A stretch of 40,822 bases of DNA. It comes from an uncultured Planctomycetaceae bacterium (lineage in GTDB: Bacteria > Planctomycetota > Phycisphaerae > UBA1845 > UTPLA1). Both the position numbers and the translations under genes were made by a program. Shown here piece after piece: positions 28,586-38,581 of the stretch (positions are counted from its first letter, which is position 1; the number at the start of each line of letters is the position of its first letter). The notes beneath the pieces are model-generated. The model saw only the letters and a program-made list of their open reading frames with translations, was not told the origin of the DNA and did not search any database. Where the stretch lies: the NCBI GenBank assembly GCA_964572385.1, contig CAZNFM010000035.1, positions 1 to 40,822 of the forward strand, read 5' to 3'.

Positions 28586-30544
28586 ATGGAACCCGAGAAC
28601 ATAGAAGTCCGGAATGCTCGCCAGCACAATCTCCGCAACGTCTCCGTGACGCTGCCGCGGAATCGACTCATCGTCTTCACCGGCGTGAGCGGCAGCGGCA
28701 AGAGTTCGCTTGCCTTCGACACGCTCTACGCGGAAGGGCAGCGCCGCTACATCGAGTCGCTTTCCGCCTATGCCCGCCAGTTCATCGGTCAGATGCAGAA
28801 ACCGGATTGCGACCTGATCACCGGGCTGTCGCCCTCCATCGCGATCGAGCAGAAGTCAACCGGATGGAACCAGCGCTCCACGGTGGGAACCCTCACGGGA
28901 ATCATGGATTTTCTGCGGGTTCTCTATGCTCGAGTCGGTCGGCAGCATTGTCCGGAGTGCGGGCGGCCCATCGCCGCGCAGTCTCGAGAGCAAGTCGTGG
29001 AGAGCATTCTGCGGGGCCACGCTTCGTCTGGCGGTTCAACCACTGCTCCAGCGGCTCGAGTGCTGATCCTGGCGCCGGTGGCACGCGGGCAGAAGGGGGA
29101 GTTTCGCGATCTATTTGACGATCTCATTCGGACAGGATACGTCCGTGCGCGGGTCGACGGCCGCGTCGTGTCCCTACGCGAAGCCCCGGCCTTGCAGAAA
29201 AACCAGCGCCACAACATCGACTTGGTGATCGACCGTTTGGAAATCGGCGAGAACAATCGGGGTCGACTGGCCGAGGCGGTTGACGCGGCGTTGCGGTTGG
29301 GCAAGGGCACGCTGATCGTTTCTCCGGACGACCCGGGGGTGGCCGAAACGCCTGAAAGGCAACGGCGAAGCGGGCAGAGCATGGATCGCGTGTTTTCCTC
29401 TCGCTATGCCTGCTCGGTGTGCGAACTGTCGCTCGAGCCGCCGACGCCGCAGTTATTTTCCTTCAACTCGCCCAGCGGCATGTGCCACTCCTGCGATGGG
29501 CTCGGCGAGCAGTTCGACTTCGATCCGGATCTGCTTGTGCCGGATGCCTCGCTCAACTTCTGGGCGCCCTGCGTGGCGCCCTTGCGCACGAAGATCGGCA
29601 GATGGCGGCGGCACATCTACGAAGGCGTGGCTCGCGCACTCGGCGTCGATCTCGACCAGCCGTGGAGGGATCTGCCCGCTTCCGCTCGCCGGGCCTTATT
29701 GCAGGGCACGGGGGACCGGCACATCACCTATGAATGGCGATGGTCAAAGGGCACCTGGAGACACGGCGGCAAATTCGAGGGCGTGATCGAGGAGTTGCGC
29801 CAGAAGTACCGCCAGGCCAAGGCCCCGTTCATCAGGCGGTATTACGAGAGGTTCATGACGCGCCGACCATGCCCGGCTTGCGAAGGGGGACGGCTCAACG
29901 CACAGGCGCTGGCGGTACACTTGCCGGTCAAGGGGGCCAGTCGGGGACCGAGCATCCGCGAATTCGCGGCCTTGTCGGTGAAGGCCGCGTGGGACTTGCT
30001 GACGCGGTTGGAGCTGACGCCCGTGCAGCGGATTATCGCCGAGGACCTGCTCAAAGAAGTGGGGGCCCGGCTGGAATTTCTGCTGAACGTGGGGTTGCAT
30101 TATCTGGCGCTGGAGAGGACCGCACCGACGCTCAGTGGCGGCGAGTTGCAGCGTATTCGCCTGGCCGGGCAGATCGGCGCGGGGCTGGCCGGCGTGCTGT
30201 ATGTCCTCGATGAACCGTCGATCGGATTGCATCCGCGCGACAACCAGCACCTGCTGGAAAGCTTGGGTCGGCTGCGGGACCTCGGCAACACGGTCATCGT
30301 GGTCGAGCACGACGAGGCGACGATGTGCGCCGCCGACCATATCGTGGACTTCGGTCCCGGCCCGGGTGTGAGGGGAGGACGGATCGTGGCCGAAGGCTCG
30401 TACGCGGAGATCGTCGGCAACGCCGAGTCGCTGACGGGGCGATACCTGAGTGGCCGGGAGGAAATCCCCATCCCGACGCGGCGCCCGGTGGTCGTAAACC
30501 GCCGACGACGTAGCCGGGAAAGGAATGCAAAGCAGCCGAAGTGA
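28586..30544 (+). CDS. uvrA: UvrA-like protein consisting only of ABC module I (N-terminal half of excinuclease ABC subunit A, including the UvrB-binding and insertion domains)
   Basis: 652 aa. Walker [35 protein letters not shown], Zn modules (CPECG…, CSVC…CHSCDG, CPACEGG), signature LSGGELQRIRLA, Walker B LYVLDEPSIGLHPRD and H-loop VEHD. Ends …LTGRYLSGREEIPIPTRRP, exactly where canonical UvrA continues into module II, then a basic tail and a stop. Confidence 0.9.
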   Translation: MEPENIEVRNARQHNLRNVSVTLPRNRLIVFTGVSGSGKSSLAFDTLYAEGQRRYIESLSAYARQFIGQMQKPDCDLITGLSPSIAIEQKSTGWNQRSTVGTLTGIMDFLRVLYARVGRQHCPECGRPIAAQSREQVVESILRGHASSGGSTTAPAARVLILAPVARGQKGEFRDLFDDLIRTGYVRARVDGRVVSLREAPALQKNQRHNIDLVIDRLEIGENNRGRLAEAVDAALRLGKGTLIVSPDDPGVAETPERQRRSGQSMDRVFSSRYACSVCELSLEPPTPQLFSFNSPSGMCHSCDGLGEQFDFDPDLLVPDASLNFWAPCVAPLRTKIGRWRRHIYEGVARALGVDLDQPWRDLPASARRALLQGTGDRHITYEWRWSKGTWRHGGKFEGVIEELRQKYRQAKAPFIRRYYERFMTRRPCPACEGGRLNAQALAVHLPVKGASRGPSIREFAALSVKAAWDLLTRLELTPVQRIIAEDLLKEVGARLEFLLNVGLHYLALERTAPTLSGGELQRIRLAGQIGAGLAGVLYVLDEPSIGLHPRDNQHLLESLGRLRDLGNTVIVVEHDEATMCAADHIVDFGPGPGVRGGRIVAEGSYAEIVGNAESLTGRYLSGREEIPIPTRRPVVVNRRRRSRERNAKQPK

Positions 30545-31227
30545 GAATGCTAAGGAGCCGGCCGTCGACACGCAACGTCGGGGCAGACTGTTGGACGAAC
30601 AGACTCGCTCGCGGGCGCCTCAGGAGCGCGGTCGCCTGATGCGGCAGTTCATCGTCCCGGCGATGAACCCGGCGAAGCGGTTTCGTACTATGTGCGTGCT
30701 CATGGACCGGGCCATCGTGCAGACCGGAGAGAAGCGAGGGTGGGAGCGGGGTGCATGACCGGACAAAGTTGGCGATGCGTGGAGTCCTCGCGGTACGCAT
30801 CTTGCGGCGGGGCGGTGCGAAGCGGCGCTTGCGGTCGCGGGTTTCTCTTTCTCAGCAATGCTGAGAATGGCAATTGGCCTGACGCGCGATGGCGAGTTCG
30901 CAAGCAGATGGCCAAGGCGGAGTGGAGCGGGCGGTGCATTCGATCAGAGCCGCCGTGGCGCCTTGCCGAAATCCTGCCGCATTTTCGAGCCGGCGACGTC
31001 AAGACCGCTGCGTTCCGACCCGGGGAAGGTTGGCGGGAATTGGAAGTGCGGAAACAGGATGATTGCGGGTGCTCTCTCCGGGAGGTCAGTTTGAAGAGAC
31101 TGAGCTCGTCACCGCCGGAAGCTCATTCCTGTCACAGATGTGAGTTCCCGATGGACCAGACCGATCTGCACGCGCTGAAATCGCCAATCCAAGTTGTTCT
31201 GTGCGAATTCCCGGATGCCGGCGCGCT

Positions 31228-34200
31228 ATGAGTCCCAAACGAACTCCTGCTCGACCACAGACCGCTGTCACCGCAAGCCCATCTGCGGGCAAGGTGTGCT
31301 GTCCGTGGCTAACCATCCGCGGGGCTCGCCACAACAACCTCAAGAACCTTGACGTGTCAGTTCCACTCGGGCGGTTCGTCTGCGTGACCGGCGTCTCCGG
31401 CTCCGGCAAGTCCTCGCTGGTGAACGACATTCTCTACGAGCAACTCGCCGCCGATCTCAACGGTCTTACCGGGGTGCACCCCGGTCGCCATCGTTCGATC
31501 GAGGGCAAGGAGCATCTGGACAAGGTCATCGGCATAGACCAGTCGCCGATCGGGCGAACCCCGCGAAGCAACCCGGCGACCTACGTCAAGGTCTTCGACG
31601 AGATCCGTGACTTATTCGCCCGGCTGCCGGACAGTCGAGTCCGCGGCTATCAGCCGGCCCGCTTCAGTTTCAACGTCGCCACCGGCGAGCGCGGCGGTGG
31701 TCGGTGCGAGGCCTGCGAAGGCAACGGGGCCAACCGCGTGGAAATGGAGTTCCTTGCGGATGTTTGGGTGACGTGCCCCGTCTGCGGCGGCCGCCGATTC
31801 AACCAGGAAACGCTCCAGATTCAATTCAAGGGCAAGAGCATCCACGACGTGCTCGAAATGGACGTGCAGGAGGCCCTGCGGCATTTCGAGAGCATCCCCA
31901 AGGTGCGAGCCATGCTGGCCACGCTCCAGGAGGTCGGCCTGGACTACCTGAAACTGGGCCAGTCGAGCACCACGCTTTCCGGAGGCGAGGCCCAGCGAAT
32001 CAAACTGGCGCGCGAGCTGGTCCGGCGCAGCACCGGCCGGACCCTGTATATTCTCGATGAGCCGACCACGGGCCTGCACTTCGATGACGTCCGCCGCCTG
32101 CTCACGGTGCTGCATGGCTTCGTGGATGCCGGCAACACGGTGGTGGTCATCGAGCACAATCTCGACGTGATCAAGACGGCAGACTGGGTGATCGACTTGG
32201 GGCCGGAAGGCGGAGACGACGGTGGCGAGGTGGTCGTCGCGGGAACGCCCGAAGATGTGCAGAAATGTCGCCGTTCGCACACCGGACAGGCGCTGCGAGA
32301 GGCCCAGATGCGCCGATTTGTGGCGAGTGCCGAGAAACAAGCCCGGGCTTCCAAGCTCACCACCGCAGGCAAGAGCAACACCCCAGCGGCCACCGGGCTT
32401 GCCTCCCACGGATGCTCCGCGCCAAGGCTCTCCGGCGCCGAGATCGTCGTGGTGGGGGCCCGCGAGAACAACCTTCGCAACCTCACGGTTCGCGTGCCGC
32501 GAAGCCGGATGACGGTGTGTTCCGGCGTCTCGGGCAGCGGCAAGACCAGCTTTGCACTGGACACGGTTTATACCGAAGGCCAACGCCGCTACATGGAGTC
32601 TCTGTCCGCATACGCCCGTCAGTTCCTCGGGCAACTCCAGAAGCCCAAGGTGGATCACATCCACGGCTTGTCGCCGGCCGTCGCGATCGAACAACAAGCG
32701 GCCAGCAAGAGTCCCCGTTCCACGGTGGGCACGGTCACGGAAATTTATGACTACATGCGGGTATTGTGGGCACGAGTGGGCCGCCCCTACTGCCCGCAAT
32801 GCGGCGTGCCGGTGGAGAGGCAGACGAGCGACGAGATCCTCGAACAGATCATGAGCCTGCCTGCGGGCACACGGCTGCTGCTTTGCGCGCCGATTGAGAG
32901 TTCTCCTGGTGACACCTGGGCCGCGGTGTTCGAGCGATGCCGGGCCCAAGGCTATACTCGGGCTCGGGTAGACGGTCACGTCGTGGAGTTGGCGGCCTCG
33001 CCTGAAATCGACAGTCGACAGAGACACCGCGTGGAGCTGGTGGTCGACCGCATTGAGGTGCGGGCGGCTTCTCGTTCGCGTATCGGAGATTCGGTTGAAC
33101 ACTGCCTGGCCATGGGGCGCGGCGTCATGTGGGCGGTGCCGGCGGGCCATTCCGGCCGAGCGGACGAGTTCAGGGAAACCTCACCCGACCGAAGTGTGCG
33201 CGACAGTGCTCGAAGATTCTCGCAACACCGATCGTGTCCGGAGTGCGGTGCCGGCTTCACCGAATTGACTCCCCACCATTTCAGCTTCAATTCCCGACTG
33301 GGCTGGTGCCCAGCGTGCGAGGGGCTCGGCGTGCAGCGCGGCACGACCGTTGACACCATCATCGCACGGCCCCAGCAGTCGATTGTCGGCGGAGCTATCG
33401 TCGGATGGGAGGACGTCTCCCGGCGGCCCTTATTCCGGCGCATCCTGCTGGCCTTGGCCCGGGCGATCGGCATTGATCCCGAGGCGCCCTGCGCATCCCT
33501 GACGCCGGCTCAACGGCATGATCTCTTGTTCGGTCTGGGGGAACGCTGGATCGACACGGTGGCGGAAAAGGTAGAGAATGAGGCGGTCGGCCAACCCAGC
33601 CTACGATTCCAATGGAAAGGGTTCTTTCCGGCAATCGATGAGGCTACGCGGGCATCGTGGGAGTACCGCTATCGTTTGCAGGACCTGGCGGCGGACACCG
33701 TCTGCCAGGCCTGTCGTGGGGGACGGCTGCGTCCGGAGGCCGCGGCGGTTCGCCTGGAGGACAGCAACGGAGGGAAAGGAACGAGCATCGTGGAGGCGTG
33801 CCGCATGCCGCTGGCGGCGGCGGCCGCTTTCTTCGAGTCCCTCCGGCTGGACCGCCGGCAGGCGCGCATCGCTGGGGAACTCCTGCACGAAATCAAGTCC
33901 CGGTTGCGATTCCTTCTGGATGTCGGCTTGGAGTATCTCTCGCTGGATCGATCAGCGCCGACGCTCTCGGGCGGGGAGTCACAACGGATTCGCCTCGCGT
34001 CGCAGATCGGCAGCGGATTGACCGGCGTCCTTTACGTCCTGGACGAGCCAACCATCGGGCTGCATCCACGCGACAACCAGCGGCTCGTGAAAGCCCTTCA
34101 CAGGTTGCGGGATCTCGGCAACACCCTGTTGCTTGTCGAACACGACCGCGAGGTGATCGAATCGGCGGATCACCTGCTCGACTTCGGCCCCGGCGCCGGT

Positions 34201-36576
34201 CGGGAAGGCGGCGAGATCGTGGCCGCCGGTTCGCCCCGACAGATTGCCCGTCAAAGCCGCTCACCACGAGCCCGTCGCGCCCGGGTCACAGAAACGGCCG
34301 GCGACTCTGGCGCGCACGTCAAAGCGACGGATTCAGTGGGGACCTCGGTGACGGGTCGCTACCTCGCAGGCGTGGACGCGATTCCCGTGCCGACCAACCG
34401 TCGTCCAATCGGTGTTCCGCCTGATCAGGGGGAAACGAGCCGTGCGGCGGGCGGCACCGAAACGTTGAGACCCGAACTGGATGCTCGCGGGGCTGGGAAT
34501 TCGCGGGAACCGGACGTGCAGCACTGGCTGATCATCCGAGGCGCTCGGCATAACAATCTGCGCGGAATCGACGTCGCCTTCCCCTTGGGCCGGTTCATCT
34601 GCGTGACCGGTGTCTCCGGTTCAGGCAAGTCCTCGCTGATCACGGAGACTCTGCAACCGGCCCTCGCGGCCCGCATTCATCGCGTTCGCGCTGCCCCGGG
34701 TGACCACGATCGCCTGGTAGGTGTCGAGCACATCGACAAAGTCATCACGGTGGACCAGCAGCCGATCGGCAGCAGCCCGATGTCCAACCCTGCGACCTAC
34801 ACCGGCGTGTTCGACTTGTTGCGCGAGATCTTCGCCCGCCTGCCGGAAAGCCGCGTTCGCGGGTACACCGCCAATCGATTCAGTTTCAACCGTCCGGGCG
34901 GGCGATGCGAAGGCTGTGACGGTTACGGGCAGGTCTACTATGAGATGCACTTCTTGCCCGACGTCTGGGTACCCTGCGAAACATGCGAGGGCAAGCGTTA
35001 CAACCGCGAGACGCTCGAGGTGCGTTACAAGGGCCTGAACATCGCGGAAGTGCTGGAGTTGCCCGTGAGCGAGGCGCTGCGGCATTTTGCCAATGTGCCG
35101 AAGGTTCGTCGCATGTTGCAGACGCTGGAAGACGTGGGACTGGGCTACCTGCCGCTTGGCCAAGGGGCGCCGACCCTCTCCGGAGGCGAGGCCCAGCGGC
35201 TCAAGTTGGCGGCGGAGCTGGGCCGTCCCAATACCGGCCGAACCATCTACTTCCTCGATGAACCCACCACCGGCTTGCACTTCGAGGACCTGCGAAAACT
35301 GCTGGGCGTGCTTCACCGCTTGGTTGATCTGGGCAACACTGTCATCTGCATTGAGCATAACCTGGAGCTCCTCAAGACCGCGGATTACGTGATCGACCTG
35401 GGACCGGAAGCCGGGGACCAGGGCGGCATCGTGGTCGCCGCAGGGCCGCCTGAAACGGTGGCCCAAGCTGCCGCCTCCCACACCGGCCGCCTGCTCCGGA
35501 AGATACTGGCGGCTGGTCCGCATCGAGAAAGGAAGCCGTTCGAACCGCACCGCTCCGTGTCAGCGCCGGAGGTCGGTTCCGGTTCCGATTTGCAAGCGAC
35601 GGAGTCCGTCCAGATGCCCTGGGAGCGGGACGGCCGCCGCTGGCACACCGCCCTGCGACCCAGCCGCGAGGGCCGGCCGGTCCGCTGGGAGGCCGCGGCG
35701 CTGGAGTACGTGGTGGAGCGGATCGAGCGGATCGGCCGGAATCGCCTTCTGCCCACCGACTGGGCGGATCGGGCGCGGGTGGAGATCAAGGCGCGGGCGC
35801 CGGCTGGGCTGCCGCAGACTGCGGTGCCGTGGTTCTGTCACATCCTCACCGGGGGTGAATGGTTGTTGGATCTGCTGTTCCGAGTACCGCATGGCGTTTT
35901 CGACCCACGAAGCCTGGAGGCGGAGTTGGGGCTGAAGAGGATTGAGGAACGCAACGATATCCCAGCATACGGGGTAAACAGCCGGGTGCTGGTCCGTGCC
36001 GCCGTTGCCGACCTGGACCAAGTCCGCATTCTGGTGCATGATCGCCGGGAAGTGGCGACCGCCGCATTCAGAGGTTTCCTCTCACGGGCCTGGCAAGCCT
36101 ACTCCAGTCATCTCGAGCGATTGGCGCAGGATGCCGCGGGAGCGGAACCCTGGAAACAGGACGGCAAGGCCTGGCACCTGTCGCAGCGTTCCATTCCATC
36201 CAGCCAACCCAGGGTGTGGAAACCCCTGACGCTGGTGACGTTCCTGGGACTCATTTCGCGAATGGCCCCCGGGATCCGACCCTTGTGGGACCGCAAAGTC
36301 TTCGTTGAGCTGGTTGATGCCGCGGGCCGCCGAGTGGGCAAGATCATCACCAACCAAGGCGCGGAACTTCGCGTGGATCTACACGTTCCTCGGGGAGCGC
36401 TGACGCCGACCCGCGTCGAGAGCCTGGGGCGTCGGCAGGAGTTCGCCAGGCCCGGAAGCAGTGGCGCGGAGTTGACGTTCTGGTTTGCGGGCCTCGACGA
36501 AGTGGATCAGCAACAGCTTCGCCTGGCAATTGAGTCGGCCGCCTCCGCAGCCGCCGGGGCCCCGTCGCCTCCTTGA
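31228..36576 (+). CDS. uvrA: Giant UvrA-family fusion (1791 aa from the upstream GTG at 31201): UvrA ABC module II, then a complete second UvrA (modules I+II), then a ~350-aa C-terminal domain of unknown function
   Basis: First ATG at 31228; an in-frame GTG lies at 31201. Residues ~30-365 are UvrA module II ([17 protein letters not shown]…[21 protein letters not shown] Zn finger, [50 protein letters not shown]-terminus-like [15 protein letters not shown]). A ~45-aa linker follows. Residues ~415-1440 are a full UvrA: module I ([10 protein letters not shown]…[68 protein letters not shown]) and module II ([12 protein letters not shown]…[45 protein letters not shown]). The last ~350 aa have no recognisable family. 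Confidence 0.9.
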   Translation: MSPKRTPARPQTAVTASPSAGKVCCPWLTIRGARHNNLKNLDVSVPLGRFVCVTGVSGSGKSSLVNDILYEQLAADLNGLTGVHPGRHRSIEGKEHLDKVIGIDQSPIGRTPRSNPATYVKVFDEIRDLFARLPDSRVRGYQPARFSFNVATGERGGGRCEACEGNGANRVEMEFLADVWVTCPVCGGRRFNQETLQIQFKGKSIHDVLEMDVQEALRHFESIPKVRAMLATLQEVGLDYLKLGQSSTTLSGGEAQRIKLARELVRRSTGRTLYILDEPTTGLHFDDVRRLLTVLHGFVDAGNTVVVIEHNLDVIKTADWVIDLGPEGGDDGGEVVVAGTPEDVQKCRRSHTGQALREAQMRRFVASAEKQARASKLTTAGKSNTPAATGLASHGCSAPRLSGAEIVVVGARENNLRNLTVRVPRSRMTVCSGVSGSGKTSFALDTVYTEGQRRYMESLSAYARQFLGQLQKPKVDHIHGLSPAVAIEQQAASKSPRSTVGTVTEIYDYMRVLWARVGRPYCPQCGVPVERQTSDEILEQIMSLPAGTRLLLCAPIESSPGDTWAAVFERCRAQGYTRARVDGHVVELAASPEIDSRQRHRVELVVDRIEVRAASRSRIGDSVEHCLAMGRGVMWAVPAGHSGRADEFRETSPDRSVRDSARRFSQHRSCPECGAGFTELTPHHFSFNSRLGWCPACEGLGVQRGTTVDTIIARPQQSIVGGAIVGWEDVSRRPLFRRILLALARAIGIDPEAPCASLTPAQRHDLLFGLGERWIDTVAEKVENEAVGQPSLRFQWKGFFPAIDEATRASWEYRYRLQDLAADTVCQACRGGRLRPEAAAVRLEDSNGGKGTSIVEACRMPLAAAAAFFESLRLDRRQARIAGELLHEIKSRLRFLLDVGLEYLSLDRSAPTLSGGESQRIRLASQIGSGLTGVLYVLDEPTIGLHPRDNQRLVKALHRLRDLGNTLLLVEHDREVIESADHLLDFGPGAGREGGEIVAAGSPRQIARQSRSPRARRARVTETAGDSGAHVKATDSVGTSVTGRYLAGVDAIPVPTNRRPIGVPPDQGETSRAAGGTETLRPELDARGAGNSREPDVQHWLIIRGARHNNLRGIDVAFPLGRFICVTGVSGSGKSSLITETLQPALAARIHRVRAAPGDHDRLVGVEHIDKVITVDQQPIGSSPMSNPATYTGVFDLLREIFARLPESRVRGYTANRFSFNRPGGRCEGCDGYGQVYYEMHFLPDVWVPCETCEGKRYNRETLEVRYKGLNIAEVLELPVSEALRHFANVPKVRRMLQTLEDVGLGYLPLGQGAPTLSGGEAQRLKLAAELGRPNTGRTIYFLDEPTTGLHFEDLRKLLGVLHRLVDLGNTVICIEHNLELLKTADYVIDLGPEAGDQGGIVVAAGPPETVAQAAASHTGRLLRKILAAGPHRERKPFEPHRSVSAPEVGSGSDLQATESVQMPWERDGRRWHTALRPSREGRPVRWEAAALEYVVERIERIGRNRLLPTDWADRARVEIKARAPAGLPQTAVPWFCHILTGGEWLLDLLFRVPHGVFDPRSLEAELGLKRIEERNDIPAYGVNSRVLVRAAVADLDQVRILVHDRREVATAAFRGFLSRAWQAYSSHLERLAQDAAGAEPWKQDGKAWHLSQRSIPSSQPRVWKPLTLVTFLGLISRMAPGIRPLWDRKVFVELVDAAGRRVGKIITNQGAELRVDLHVPRGALTPTRVESLGRRQEFARPGSSGAELTFWFAGLDEVDQQQLRLAIESAASAAAGAPSPP

Positions 36577-36633
36577 CGGATGGGCATCCGCGCCACCCTT
36601 GCCGCCAGACTTGTTCCGGCGACAATCATATTC

Positions 36634-37218
36634 ATGGCGAAGCAAGCCCTGCCCGGCCTTCTGGAAGTGGTTCACGGGTCGATGTTCGGCGGCAAGACCG
36701 AGTACATGATCGCACGCTTACGTGAGGAAGAAGCCCGCGGCAGGCGGGTCCGGGCTTTCAAACATGTGATCGACGATCGGTACGATCCGGACCACCTCGT
36801 GACCCATCGCAAGGACCGTTTCGCGGCGACCCGTGTGGCGACAGCCGAGGAACTCCTCAGCGAATCGGAGGGTTATGAGGTCGTGGCCATCGACGAGGGG
36901 CATTTCTTCACGCCCGCTCTCGTCGAGGTGGTCCGAGCAATCCGGGAACGATGTCTGGTGGTGATCGTAGCTGGGATCACGCACGATGCCTGGGGGCGGC
37001 GGTTCGCTCCCATTCCGGAGCTGGCTCGCATGGCGGATCGGGAGATCCTGCGGCAGGCGCCGTGCTCGATCTGTGGGGAACCATCTCCTTTCACCCAGCG
37101 TATGACTCCGGTGAGGTCGGCCCACATGGTCGGTGGATTAGGAGACTACGAGCCGCGTTGCGCCCTTCATTTCGAACCCCTTACCGAAGCTGTCGGGGAC
37201 GCCTTCGGGCGGAGGTGA
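36634..37218 (+). CDS. tdk: Thymidine kinase
   Basis: P-loop FGGKTEYMIAR, VIAIDEGHFF, and the C-terminal zinc ribbon of type II Tdk (CSICGEPSPFTQRM…CALH). ATG 36634 is preferred over the upstream in-frame ATG 36580, which lies only 4 nt after the uvrA-fusion stop. Confidence 0.9.
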   Translation: MAKQALPGLLEVVHGSMFGGKTEYMIARLREEEARGRRVRAFKHVIDDRYDPDHLVTHRKDRFAATRVATAEELLSESEGYEVVAIDEGHFFTPALVEVVRAIRERCLVVIVAGITHDAWGRRFAPIPELARMADREILRQAPCSICGEPSPFTQRMTPVRSAHMVGGLGDYEPRCALHFEPLTEAVGDAFGRR

Positions 37219-37347
37219 TCGGATGCGTTCAGGGGCGGCAGAGCCAGGAGCCGCCTTGTCGTGAAGGACCGCTTTGTCTACGATGCGGTGTCCCCTCCGG
37301 GAGAGGGGTTCGCGGCGGTCCGTTCGAAACGGAGGCGTTGACACCGC

Positions 37348-37704
37348 ATGCCCCACCGACATCACTCGACATGTCGATCGGCCGTTTGGCCGGCTTGCGC
37401 CGCCGCCGCGCTGGTGGTGGGATGCAGAGCGCCTGAAGGCAGCATCCACTCGTGGAACCCCAGCGAGCGGGTTCTCGCGATCCGCAAAGCGGCCATGGCC
37501 AAGGATGTTCACGCCGTGCCGCTCATCGTGGATCGCCTGGAGGACGAAGACATTGCCGTCCGCCTGTTCGCGATCCTCGCCTTGCAGGAGATCACCGGCG
37601 AGCGGTTCGGTTATGATTACACGGCGACCGGGCCTCGGCAGGCGGCGGCGGTGGAAGCCTGGCGGAGCTATGTCCGCGGCGGCGGCCATCTGGCTGGCCC
37701 ATGA
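37348..37704 (+). CDS. HEAT-repeat (PBS-lyase-like) lipoprotein
   Basis: ATG with GGAGG SD. Lipobox (ALVVGC). HEAT-like repeat (VPLIVDRLEDEDIAVRLFAILALQEITGERFGYD). Its stop (37702-37704) lies 10 nt before the ATG of the next gene. Confidence 0.55.
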   Translation: MPHRHHSTCRSAVWPACAAAALVVGCRAPEGSIHSWNPSERVLAIRKAAMAKDVHAVPLIVDRLEDEDIAVRLFAILALQEITGERFGYDYTATGPRQAAAVEAWRSYVRGGGHLAGP

Positions 37705-37714
37705 GAGCGGTGTC

Positions 37715-38182
37715 ATGATCGATTCGGAGCGGCTCGAGCTGATCGTCGCCAGCCAGGCGGCCAGCCTGCCAGTGGTCCGCAACGCAGTGGAGCAGATGGC
37801 CCGGATGGAGCAATTTACCGACGCGGAAACGCACGGCCTCCTGTTGGCGATTGACGAGGCCCTGGCCAACGTCATCAAGCACGGTTACGAGGGCCGGCCC
37901 GACCAGCCCATCCGCATCGTTCTGGCTCACACTGAGGGCCCGGATGGTCGCAAAGGCTTGGCGGTGGAGGTCCGCGACCAAGGACGGCAGGTGGACCCCG
38001 CAACCATTAGGGGCCGCGATCTAGATGATGTCCGCCCCGGAGGCTTGGGCGTGCATATCATGCAGTCCGTGATGGACGAAGTATGCTACAGTTGCCCGCC
38101 TGACGGCGGCATGTTGCTCCGCATGGTCAAGTACGCCGGTTCCAGCCGCAAAGATGGCCACCGGCCACCCGACGCAAGCTAG
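37715..38182 (+). CDS. RsbW/SpoIIAB-like anti-sigma factor / Ser-protein kinase (GHKL HATPase_c_2)
   Basis: ~155 aa. N-box-like LAIDEALANVIKHGYEG, G-box region DVRPGGLGVHIMQSVMDEV. The track ORF 37274..38182 has a non-protein-like TTG/ATG-extended N-terminus that I reject; an in-frame alternative start is at 37670. Confidence 0.75.
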   Translation: MIDSERLELIVASQAASLPVVRNAVEQMARMEQFTDAETHGLLLAIDEALANVIKHGYEGRPDQPIRIVLAHTEGPDGRKGLAVEVRDQGRQVDPATIRGRDLDDVRPGGLGVHIMQSVMDEVCYSCPPDGGMLLRMVKYAGSSRKDGHRPPDAS

Positions 38183-38216
38183 GTCTGCGCCGGCCACGGA
38201 AGGGATTTGGACGCCC

Positions 38217-38564
38217 ATGGACAAGCCCCGCAGTCTGATCCAGGAAATCCGCAAGGTTCCAGGCACCACGATCGTGGTGTTGTCGGGCGACGTGGACCTA
38301 CACCACTCGCCGGAGCTCCACGCCCGCCTGGTGGAGGTCGCCGCGGAACGCCCGCCTCGCCTGCTGCTGGATCTGCGAGGCGTGCCGTACATGGATTCCT
38401 CAGGTGTCGGGACTCTGGTGGAGGTGTGGCGACGGGTGGGGGCCTACAAGGGCCGACTGGTGCTATTCGGCTTGAACAGCCGCGTTCGCAGCGTCTTCGA
38501 GATCACCAAACTCGATACGTTCTTCACCATCTGCGAAACGGAGGAAGAGGCCGCCACCGCGTAG
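38217..38564 (+). CDS. STAS-domain anti-sigma-factor antagonist (RsbV/SpoIIAA/MlaB-like)
   Basis: GGAAGGGA SD. 115 aa with a STAS pattern including the conserved phospho-acceptor Ser region (LDLRGVPYMDSSGVGTLVEV). Confidence 0.75.
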   Translation: MDKPRSLIQEIRKVPGTTIVVLSGDVDLHHSPELHARLVEVAAERPPRLLLDLRGVPYMDSSGVGTLVEVWRRVGAYKGRLVLFGLNSRVRSVFEITKLDTFFTICETEEEAATA

Positions 38565-38581
38565 ACAGGAGCGGACCGCGC

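Noticed and set aside
30692-31231. 179-aa ORF in the same frame as uvrA module I within the inter-UvrA spacer, as a possible frameshifted continuation
   Set aside because: Its translation has no UvrA similarity and its codon third positions are not GC-biased. An in-frame stop separates it from gene A, so a simple frameshift does not reconnect the modules.
31612-33150. 512-aa minus-strand ORF, and likewise 34621..35550 (309 aa), antisense to the UvrA fusion
   Set aside because: Long antisense ORFs are expected in high-GC coding DNA. They have no domain signals, and the sense strand carries unmistakable UvrA motifs.
37138-37878. 246-aa minus-strand ORF, and the 302-aa plus-strand ORF 37274..38182
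   Set aside because: The minus ORF is antisense to the HEAT-lipoprotein and RsbW-like genes. The 302-aa ORF is a TTG/ATG-extended version of the RsbW-like gene whose first ~145 residues are out-of-family Arg/Trp-rich sequence overlapping the HEAT gene in another frame.
38207-38581. 125-aa N-terminal extension of the MlaE ORF
   Set aside because: It overlaps the STAS gene in a different frame and is Gly/Arg-rich. MlaE has its own AGGAG SD and ATG at 38582.
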